DNA from: Oligoflexales bacterium
Lineage (GTDB): Bacteria; Bdellovibrionota_B; Oligoflexia; Oligoflexales; CAIYRB01
Assembly: GCA_041736175.1 (NCBI GenBank)
Contig: JBGSUI010000148.1
Coordinates: 1 to 64,000 of the forward strand
DNA: 64,000 nt
Direction: 5' to 3'
Translations under genes and position numbers: made by a program
The notes under the pieces: generated by a model
Seen by the model: the letters and a program-made list of their open reading frames with translations, nothing else
Database searches by the model: none
What the model was told of the DNA's origin: nothing
In this document: piece by piece, positions 28,159-36,010 of the stretch
How the letters are laid out: each line of letters opens with the position of its first letter
Numbering within the stretch: the stretch's first letter is position 1

Positions 28159-29544
28159 CTATGGTCTGCGCTCGGGACCCGGCGTGATCGTACATGATGT
28201 GGACTCAAAGGGAGTCGTCTTGGCGCCCCCTTCCGCAGAGACCCAATGGGCTAGGGAAGGTGTTGTTCCTTGGATCTCAAGCTTAAAAACCTGGACTCCT
28301 CCGTTAACAGGATCTCGGTAGATGCCTACGTAGCAGAGGTTTCGCTGGGCAGTGCAGTAGTCCACCAAATTGAGGGTCACTTTGAAGTGGGGGCGATCGT
28401 GGGGATCGACTTTTAGGACAAATCCATCATCGGCTCCTATGATGGTGTCGTCATCCCGGAGACTAAACGTTAAAGAGTTAAACTGATACTCCCGGGAGCT
28501 AGCATCAGCGAGGAGGCTTGAGACCTGCGTACAAGATAGAGACATGGCAGTCCCACTCTGAAGGGATGGTGTTATTGAATTTGCTATATTCACCGCATCA
28601 AGGATCCTTGGGTACATTGGTCCATCGACCCTTGCTCCCACTAAAATGCCCCGAATCCGAGCAAACCCCAATCCGAGGAGTCGATATCCTCTGCTGGTCA
28701 TGGTCATAATCGGGCTACCATTCTGTCCTAAACAAAGAGGCTCGACAGTGGGGACACTGGGAAAAGCAGCTTCGGCACCGTCTACTAGGACAAGGGTGTT
28801 AAGCGGGCTCAGCATCCGGGCAGGATCGTTGGTTACCGTGTCCGTAGCTCCCCATTCTCGGTGGTCTGGAGGGATTTTATCGGAGGCGAGGCTATGGGTC
28901 GATCCAGCATGCTGGCACCGAAACCCGCTTACGGTGACCATTTGGACCGGGTCGTGAGGGCCAGGGAGGAGCAGGGCTGTCGGGATATCGCGAGTTTTTT
29001 CGAGAATCTTAACCACAGCGAGATTGACCATTTGGGGTTGGTCGCGGTCTTTGAGATCAAGGTGGGCCACGAGATCTTGGTCGAGGCGGGGACTTTTCCC
29101 AAAAATCGCTCGCGGATTTGCAAGGTAGCGGAGTTCGTCGCGACTCACGACTGGGTCAAATCCCTTAAGGGGAGCTGTATAAACTATGGTGATCCTGTAG
29201 GCAAGACCACCGCTTGTATGCAGGGTGGTCTTGGTACCTGAAACAAAGTCCATATGAAGCTTATGGGTCGCACCAGCAAAAAGGCATGGAGCCGCAAACA
29301 GAAATAGATGGTCTGCGACTTTTGCTCCGAGGCAAGCGCCAATTCTGGCGACGGGGGAGGCGATGGAGACAGAAGTGGCGGGGGAGGGGTTCATTGATTT
29401 TTGGTATCGAGGTGCGGTGGCTGGTTCAACAGTCGTTGGCTCCAGGCTTCGGTCGCTGGTCATACAACTCCCGAGGGGCATAGCCGTCGAGGTGGTGGCA
29501 ACAGCCAACCAGGTCAACTTAGCTATGGAAAACCTTAGGGACAT
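28159..29544 (-). CDS. Secreted/lipoprotein chymotrypsin-fold homolog lacking the catalytic triad
   Basis: LGSC lipobox-like; CLGAKV..HLFLFAAPC, NLAVVKI and LCLGQNGSPI occur in the order of the S1 His, Asp and Ser motifs. Confidence 0.6.
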   Translation of the reverse strand: MSLRFSIAKLTWLAVATTSTAMPLGSCMTSDRSLEPTTVEPATAPRYQKSMNPSPATSVSIASPVARIGACLGAKVADHLFLFAAPCLFAGATHKLHMDFVSGTKTTLHTSGGLAYRITIVYTAPLKGFDPVVSRDELRYLANPRAIFGKSPRLDQDLVAHLDLKDRDQPQMVNLAVVKILEKTRDIPTALLLPGPHDPVQMVTVSGFRCQHAGSTHSLASDKIPPDHREWGATDTVTNDPARMLSPLNTLVLVDGAEAAFPSVPTVEPLCLGQNGSPIMTMTSRGYRLLGLGFARIRGILVGARVDGPMYPRILDAVNIANSITPSLQSGTAMSLSCTQVSSLLADASSREYQFNSLTFSLRDDDTIIGADDGFVLKVDPHDRPHFKVTLNLVDYCTAQRNLCYVGIYRDPVNGGVQVFKLEIQGTTPSLAHWVSAEGGAKTTPFESTSCTITPGPERRP

Positions 29545-29613
29545 CCTTGCTCCACGCTGCCACTTGATTTTTTAACTTTTTGGGGTTTATAACAATCTAT
29601 AGACCTCCCACTT

Positions 29614-29640
29614 CTATCGGCATAATATGGTTCAAAATTA
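29614..29640 (-). promoter_or_regulatory. Putative sigma28 (FliA) promoter
   Basis: Minus strand TAAT-N15-GCCGATAG, 70 bp upstream of start 29544. Confidence 0.55.
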
Positions 29641-29832
29641 AGGTCTTTATGGAAGTGTTAAAAAAATCGTTCCAGTGATTTTCTAGCAAATGGCCTGATT
29701 GTGACGCCTTTATTTCGCTGGGTATATTATAATTGATTTAGAGTGTTGCAAGTTTTACTCAAGGAAAAACTCAAAACCCCGAGCTTGTGTATATCGGGTT
29801 GGTTGACGGTCACAAATAAACGGAGGGCTAAC

Positions 29833-30444
29833 ATGAACAACAACAACAAAAAACCAAACTTCTTAAGTCGGATTCCTTTAACAAGCATTTTGATCTTAGG
29901 CGGGACTCTTTTCGTCAGTCCTTGGGGTGCCTCGTCCTACGCAGCCGACCCAGGAGTCCCCGGAGTCCAAGGCGGCCAAGTCGCACAAGCTGGTCCGGTT
30001 TCCCAAGCTCCCACGGCTACCTTCCAAGGTACCGCGATTGAGATCAACGCCTCCGCGCCCAAACCTGATCCGGATCCCTATGCTCTCCCACCCCATGCAC
30101 CAGAATCCCTCGTAAAGTTGCGGGGAGACTTACAAAAAACTTACGATGCCCAAAAGGCTCTTGTCAACCAAATGCTAAGCTATTTAGCAACCAGCGATTT
30201 CGATGTTAAGTCCCCGTCAATCCCAGCGTCAGCATCTCCCTCTGAAGGTGGGCCGGCATATATGGGAAACTATGGCGAGATTTTAGCAAGACTTGAACAA
30301 CTTAATTCAGTAATTCAAATGACAGAGGCGGAATTTATACACGAAAAGGAGGTGTATTTAGCTCAGGGGAACAGTGCCGCGATTCAAACTGCTTCCGCCC
30401 ACGGCACGGAGTCCTCATCAGTTAGTTTTGTGCAAGGAAAGTAG
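29833..30444 (+). CDS. Hypothetical secreted protein
   Basis: GGAGG RBS before ATG 29833, signal peptide ending SYA, Pro/Gln-rich linker and helical segments; terminator follows. Confidence 0.7.
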   Translation: MNNNNKKPNFLSRIPLTSILILGGTLFVSPWGASSYAADPGVPGVQGGQVAQAGPVSQAPTATFQGTAIEINASAPKPDPDPYALPPHAPESLVKLRGDLQKTYDAQKALVNQMLSYLATSDFDVKSPSIPASASPSEGGPAYMGNYGEILARLEQLNSVIQMTEAEFIHEKEVYLAQGNSAAIQTASAHGTESSSVSFVQGK

Positions 30445-30491
30445 GTTTTCATTTCTGTTTGTATTGCGTTTCGAACTTATTGCATACATAG

Positions 30492-30523
30492 GAAAGCATG
30501 GTGATCCATGCTTTCTTTTTTTT
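30492..30523 (+). terminator. Rho-independent terminator
   Basis: GAAAGCATGG-TGAT-CCATGCTTTC stem-loop followed by T8. Confidence 0.9.
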
Positions 30524-30749
30524 GTAGATTCTCTTGATTGTATGATCGCTTAACTTAGTAAACAATTTAAACAGGTGTTGCACTATGAGGCACCTCCAAC
30601 ATTTCCCCGCACCAATCCTTAGATTGAGTTTGAACTAGAGTGGAGGGGTCACTAGACCATCAAAACCTCCTAATATCATGAATTATTTTAATGATCCAGC
30701 AGAATAAATTCCCGCTGCGCCATGCCGCTCTTGGCTTAAGGCTTGGGTA

Positions 30750-30765
30750 TGGCATCAATCCTGCT
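30750..30765 (+). promoter_or_regulatory. Putative sigma54 promoter of the DPBB/expansin-like gene
   Basis: TGGCATCAATCCTGCT, GG-N10-GC; 14/16 identical to the GH5 promoter. Confidence 0.55.
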
Positions 30766-30885
30766 TTACCTATAAGTAACTCTCTAAAAACCCTCTGACA
30801 GAAACCTCATGATCGATTTATCCACCATCCATCAATCTATTGGGTCAAATCACCCAAAGGACCAAACAACGAAAGATGTGCCACC

Positions 30886-31659
30886 ATGAAAAATTTTGCC
30901 GTAACAGTATCCCTAGTCCTTTTAATCGGTTCAGTAACCATGTCGACTTCATGCAAAAGATCAGATGTCGATCATGATTCAGAGCCAAACCAAATATCCC
31001 TGGGGAATTTCCTATCCTTCGGGCCAACAAACCAAGCCTTGACGACCTTACATCCTTTGGCTGGTGTGGGACAAACACGAGACGTGGCAACAGCCTGCCG
31101 CCTGACCCAAGGAGAAATCGCAGAGATTCATAAGAAAGGATACTATTATGCGGCAGTTCCCGAAAAATACTTTCAAGGTGGACAGGCCTGCGGCAAGGTG
31201 ATCTCCGCCACCATAGCTGGTGCATGCTATGAAAACCATAGCACCACATGCCTTAGTCCCAACGGTCACCACCCTATCGATAGTCGTTTTAGCGGCAATC
31301 GCCAGATCAAGCTCGTGGTCTTGGATCTTTGTGGGTCATGCCTCAAAGACGCACTCCATATCGATATCACGGCTAGTGCCTTTGGAGACCGGGATGAGAG
31401 CACCTCGATGATTCAAGAAAATTCCAACATAGGCCCCCTTGGGGATGTCTTTAACTTCTTCTTTAATAACCGGGGACGACTCGCCGGAAAAACCTCCGAA
31501 GATGGAAACTATTATTTGAACAATGTAAAAGGTCTTGGTGCCGGAGAAACCGAGTGTTTTGACTTTGTCTCCTATATCAAAACCACGACGGTTGTGTGGG
31601 GGCTTCCAAAAGGAAACTGTGTCAAAATACCCAAGGATCGCGCAGCACTCTTCCCTTAA
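30886..31659 (+). CDS. Lipoprotein with RlpA/expansin-like double-psi beta-barrel (DPBB) domain
   Basis: STSC lipobox-like; TAC, YAAV...F.GGQACGKVI, VLDLCGSC and HIDITASAF match expansin D1/barwin-type motifs. Confidence 0.7.
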   Translation: MKNFAVTVSLVLLIGSVTMSTSCKRSDVDHDSEPNQISLGNFLSFGPTNQALTTLHPLAGVGQTRDVATACRLTQGEIAEIHKKGYYYAAVPEKYFQGGQACGKVISATIAGACYENHSTTCLSPNGHHPIDSRFSGNRQIKLVVLDLCGSCLKDALHIDITASAFGDRDESTSMIQENSNIGPLGDVFNFFFNNRGRLAGKTSEDGNYYLNNVKGLGAGETECFDFVSYIKTTTVVWGLPKGNCVKIPKDRAALFP

Positions 31660-31850
31660 AAATCAAAATTTAAATCCTGTTTTGAGACTTTTATGGATTT
31701 TGCCCGCATAGTAGGAGTCTCGTCAAAAAATAGGATATCTATCTTGGAGTGTATAGGGGGACTTAAGCAAAGATAGGCCCCCTCCGAGCACGGTGACCGT
31801 TGGGGGCTATTTTAAATGATCGAACCTACAGAAACAGATATCTCCCTCAC

Positions 31851-32339
31851 TCAGTAGTAACGGGGATAATAGTAGTAACGATAGCTATAGTTCCAGTTAC
31901 TGTAGTAAACAGGGGCGCTATAAGTGTAGTTATAGCCGCTGTAGTAATACACTGGATTGTAAATATTGTAGTAGTAAGCCGGCATCCAGCCGTACGAGTA
32001 GGTATAGGGGTAAAAACCGCAGGTCGACGAATCAGCCGCAATATCTTGGGAGCTGACCTGTGCTTGGGTGGAGGCATCGAAGCCTTGCTCAAAAGCGGCT
32101 TGGACTTGCCCCTCGTGAGTGATAGCTTCGGTCGCCACACGCATCTGGGCAGACGTGGAATTTTCCCGTCCCTGGGAGTCGATCGCGACGCGGATCACCA
32201 AGCCCGGTGATTCATCCAGCAACGAAGCAAAACCTTTGGCATCGGCACTGGTATCATCGGCGCCGTAGCCGATGCTCCCTAACGGTGCCATAAAAGTTAA
32301 TAAACCCCAAATCCCTGTCGAAATCATACGCCTTTTCAT
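31851..32339 (-). CDS. Secreted protein with acidic pro-region and Tyr-rich C-terminal tail
   Basis: AGGAG RBS, signal peptide, 24 Tyr in the last 56 aa. Confidence 0.8.
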   Translation of the reverse strand: MKRRMISTGIWGLLTFMAPLGSIGYGADDTSADAKGFASLLDESPGLVIRVAIDSQGRENSTSAQMRVATEAITHEGQVQAAFEQGFDASTQAQVSSQDIAADSSTCGFYPYTYSYGWMPAYYYNIYNPVYYYSGYNYTYSAPVYYSNWNYSYRYYYYPRYY

Positions 32340-32374
32340 GACTGACTCCTTTCCTAAAAATTTGGAAACAAAAC

Positions 32375-33709
32375 CTACTGCACATTAAAAACGAGACGAC
32401 CCAAATCTTGGGTCTTGGACACTGTCTGAGCCACCCGGTTAGGCACACTCGAATCGATGCTCGAGAGTTCCTGAAGGTGGGAGGTCACATATTGGTGGAC
32501 CCCAGCACTGCTTGAAAGAACCGAGCAAAGGTGGGGTGCGAGCTGTTGGGAGGCCGTGGCATAGTCCATGCCGCCGTTTCGAAATTGATTAAGAATGCTG
32601 CAGAGCTGGACACTGCTGTTAGCCAGAGAACTCCCTTGGTCGTAGAGCTGCTGGTGGGGTCTGCCGGCCGCGATTTGCGCCCAGAAAGGGGCCTCACGGG
32701 CTACACCACAGGCATCACTTTCCATTTGAAAAGTCTCTTTGGTCAGCACCTCCGCATGGATGGTGACTGATCCAGGAGGGCATGTGATCAGTGGGCTGTC
32801 CGTCGGTGCTGGTGGCTGATTTGGTCTGGGTTGCTCGCCGTTGGGAGCGGGATTGGTGTTGCTCATATAAAAGGCCCCTTCAATCCAAGTTTGGGAGGAA
32901 AGGCTCCCTTCCTGTGACAAGAGCTGCGCCGCAAGAGGTGCAAAGTTTTTGGCAGGGACGGCAACATTTGCGTACTCGCTGCTATAGGTATCTCGATACA
33001 CGGAGTCTCCTGCTCCGTTGCGAAATTCGCTCACGCTCATGGCGACGATTTCGTACCGATTGGCCTGGCTATTATACCAGAAAAGCGGCGCACCTGATAT
33101 CCCTGCTGCAGCATCACAATCATGAAGTAGCCTTCCTGCCCCATCCATGCTGACAAGACTGCAGGCTCCATGGTGGCTCAGCACCTCACCTTTAGCTTTG
33201 TCCGTGGAGAATCCACCGAGGGAAACGGTCACAGGGAGATTGGGCGTACGGGCGGTCTCTAAAACCGACATGGTTCCAAATCCTTCCACCGGGGTTGCGA
33301 GCCTTATCACGGCAAAATCCAAGGGGCGCTTGTCCTCGGGGGTATAGGTACCGATCCAAAAGTCGCGGATCCAAATCTTGTTGTTGTGATTGGCGCTGCT
33401 ATAGGCCGGACGGAAATAGGAGACTCCTGGGTTGAGGCGGCCAGATTTGTTGTTTACCAGGCAATGGGCGGCGGTCAGCACCAGCTGGGACGACAACAAA
33501 GTCCCCGAACATCCGTTGTCTAATCGACCAATCGCCGTAAAAGGAAAGTAGGGTTGGTCGATGGTCACCCGGTTGTCTTCGCCAAAAACATTGTCGACGG
33601 CGCTGTCCCCTGCTACCGGACCTAGGGGAGGTCGAGAGCATTGCAGGCTAAAACCCAAGGCCAATACGGCCATCGCAAAAAACCATTGTTTAGCTTCACG
33701 CAGCATCAA
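32375..33709 (-). CDS. V8/glutamyl endopeptidase-like serine protease, lipoprotein with C-terminal helical domain
   Basis: LQC lipobox-like, VFGEDNRV, PFTAIGRL, CSGTL..LVLTAAHC, DFAVIRL, HDCDAAAGISGAP. Confidence 0.88.
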   Translation of the reverse strand: MMLREAKQWFFAMAVLALGFSLQCSRPPLGPVAGDSAVDNVFGEDNRVTIDQPYFPFTAIGRLDNGCSGTLLSSQLVLTAAHCLVNNKSGRLNPGVSYFRPAYSSANHNNKIWIRDFWIGTYTPEDKRPLDFAVIRLATPVEGFGTMSVLETARTPNLPVTVSLGGFSTDKAKGEVLSHHGACSLVSMDGAGRLLHDCDAAAGISGAPLFWYNSQANRYEIVAMSVSEFRNGAGDSVYRDTYSSEYANVAVPAKNFAPLAAQLLSQEGSLSSQTWIEGAFYMSNTNPAPNGEQPRPNQPPAPTDSPLITCPPGSVTIHAEVLTKETFQMESDACGVAREAPFWAQIAAGRPHQQLYDQGSSLANSSVQLCSILNQFRNGGMDYATASQQLAPHLCSVLSSSAGVHQYVTSHLQELSSIDSSVPNRVAQTVSKTQDLGRLVFNVQ

Positions 33710-33851
33710 AGTTCTCCTTTTTTAAAGACCACCCCAGTTTTTTTCCTTAAGGCGAACCCCACATAAGATCTAACGCCGAGCGAAACAGTGAGATAGTCCT
33801 AAGTCTTGGACTACTCCGAGACAGCTAAAAAGACAAGTTTTTAAATAAACC

Positions 33852-35849
33852 TTAGTGTTTCGTTGAAAGAAGCGGGTACATCTCTAGGCGAACGATCTGG
33901 ACTTGCCCATTGGTGCCAAACACCTCAAGACCTCCACTTTGATGGTCGGGAAAGATAAGGTCGGTGATCACCACTCGTCCATCATTAACAAAGACCTCGA
34001 TCGATGACCAATCGACCAGGAGATGGATCCGCAGCTTGCCCTCGATGGGCGTGATAGGAGCTGAATGAACCGCAGAGAATTCCCTAGCAAAATCGATTTT
34101 TCCTGAATGGGTGCGATCCACAACGATGCGACCTTGGTTTCGGTCGTAAGAGATTGAAGTGAATTGGCCGTTGCCCTTTCGGACCTTAAAGCCAAAAGTC
34201 GTTGCTGATGATTTATGGACGTCAAAATCGGCAATCAATTCGACCTGGCGGTTGTTGTAACCAGACAAGATATTTTGTCCAGGGCGTAGGGTTTGCCCAC
34301 CCCAGATTTTGGCGTTCTCTTGGTCGCGAAGATTTTTAGTAGCAGGGACGGGGACCTGGAGGAGTTCATATCCCCCTTGGTTTTTGATCAGAGACATTTC
34401 GCGGGGTACGGTCATCGCGCCCCGCCAGCCTTGGGTGGGGACCTTGGGAGCGTATTGCCAATTGCTCATCCAAGCCAGAAAAGTTTTCTTTTCGGGGTTG
34501 CCTTTGGTTTCAAAAAAAGTCACACCAGCGTAGTTGTCGGCTCCATAGTCCAGCCAGCGGACTTTGGAAGGATTGGGATCGGCTTTAAAGGATCGACCAT
34601 CAAACTGACCCACGAAGTATTGGGTCCCTGAGCCTCCGGCGATACCTCCAGGATTGAGGCTTACAAACATCACCCAGCGTGTTTCATGGGTGCCTTTGAC
34701 TTTAAAGGGCACCAAGTCGGGGCATTCCCAAACGCCGCCATGGGCACCGAGTCCTTTGCCAAACGAACTTTCATGTTTCCAATCTTTCAAATCCGACGAG
34801 CTATAAATCATCAACTGATCATCTGCGGCAAGGACCATGACCCACTTACCGGTTGCGTCGTGCCAAAAAACCTTAGGATCCCTAAAGGCTTTGAGACCAG
34901 GGTTAACGATCACGGGATTGGCTTGGTATTTAACCCAGGTTTCGCCCAAGTCGTTGCTATAGGCAAGGCTCTGGTGTTGGATATCGTCCGACGTGTTATG
35001 GGAAAAGATAGCCACGATGGGAGGGTGGGGCCCTGATTTAAGGCCGCTGGTGTTGGCCAAGTCGACTACGACGCTGCCCGAGTAGATCTGACCTATGGCA
35101 TCGGGTTTGAGGGCGATGGGTTTTTCTTGCCAATTGATCAAATCTGGGCTCACGGCGTGGCCCCAATGCATTGGTCCCCATACAGTGCCCTGAGGGTAAT
35201 ACTGATAAAAAAGGTGGTAGGTCCCGTTATAGTAAAACATCCCGTTGGGATCGTTCATCCAATGGGCTTTAGGGCTAAAATGAAACTGAGGCCGGTAGGG
35301 TTCATGAAAGGAATTTGCCGCAGAATCTTCGGGAAGCAAAGACCCTAGGACTATGTTCTTACTCCCGACCTCGGCAAGCTGTGGAGCGGTCTTTGAGTAT
35401 TCATAGGTCTCATCTAAAAACCGGCTGATGGCCAGCTCGTCTTTCATACGAAACACTTCGGCACATAGCTCCTGGGCGCAATAACTCGTGGGAAAGGTGA
35501 TCACTTCACTAAACACCCGTTGGATTTGTCCCCGTGGGACCCCTTGATACCTTAAAACCTGTGCCACCGTAAAATCTTGGAGTTGGCGTTTTGGAGCCGT
35601 TGTCGTCTTTTGGACCGAAGTCGACTGGCAAAAACCCAAAAATGATTTTTTCATGGCTGCCAAGATCTCTTTAGAGCGAGCAGGAGGTTTGATCCCCTGC
35701 AGACCCGCTAGACCTGACGATTGGTCGGAAGGGCCCTTGGGGTTGAGTCCTCCGAGCAGACGATTGCATCCAAGGCCTCCGACCAGGGTCAGAATCCCCA
35801 GGACGGCGACAGGAACACTCCAAAATTTAGCGATTTTGATCTTTTGCAT
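33852..35849 (-). CDS. GH32 levanase/beta-fructofuranosidase, lipoprotein with N-terminal extension
   Basis: WMNDPNG, FRDPKV, WECPDL, YGADNYA, DWSSIEVF; lipobox GLGC; start moved to ATG 35849 by GGAG RBS. Confidence 0.93.
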   Translation of the reverse strand: MQKIKIAKFWSVPVAVLGILTLVGGLGCNRLLGGLNPKGPSDQSSGLAGLQGIKPPARSKEILAAMKKSFLGFCQSTSVQKTTTAPKRQLQDFTVAQVLRYQGVPRGQIQRVFSEVITFPTSYCAQELCAEVFRMKDELAISRFLDETYEYSKTAPQLAEVGSKNIVLGSLLPEDSAANSFHEPYRPQFHFSPKAHWMNDPNGMFYYNGTYHLFYQYYPQGTVWGPMHWGHAVSPDLINWQEKPIALKPDAIGQIYSGSVVVDLANTSGLKSGPHPPIVAIFSHNTSDDIQHQSLAYSNDLGETWVKYQANPVIVNPGLKAFRDPKVFWHDATGKWVMVLAADDQLMIYSSSDLKDWKHESSFGKGLGAHGGVWECPDLVPFKVKGTHETRWVMFVSLNPGGIAGGSGTQYFVGQFDGRSFKADPNPSKVRWLDYGADNYAGVTFFETKGNPEKKTFLAWMSNWQYAPKVPTQGWRGAMTVPREMSLIKNQGGYELLQVPVPATKNLRDQENAKIWGGQTLRPGQNILSGYNNRQVELIADFDVHKSSATTFGFKVRKGNGQFTSISYDRNQGRIVVDRTHSGKIDFAREFSAVHSAPITPIEGKLRIHLLVDWSSIEVFVNDGRVVITDLIFPDHQSGGLEVFGTNGQVQIVRLEMYPLLSTKH

Positions 35850-35903
35850 ATTTATTGGCTTCTCCGGCAAGGATTCGGTTACTTGTGATCGGACCAATCT
35901 CTT

Positions 35904-35919
35904 TGCAAAGTTTATGCCC
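35904..35919 (-). promoter_or_regulatory. Putative sigma54 promoter of the GH32 gene
   Basis: Minus strand GGGCATAAACTTTGCA, GG-N10-GC, 55 bp upstream of ATG 35849. Confidence 0.55.
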
Positions 35920-36010
35920 GATGTTTGATCTGGATTTGTCCAATGATTTTGTGTTTAGGAGTGGGCGTTTTTTGCCGATCTGCGTAGAAACGCTATACAG
36001 ATGAGATGGT

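Noticed and set aside
31851..32339. Classical RiPP cluster
   Set aside because: No radical SAM, YcaO, P450, lanthipeptide enzyme or peptide exporter nearby; retained only as a protease-processed precursor hypothesis
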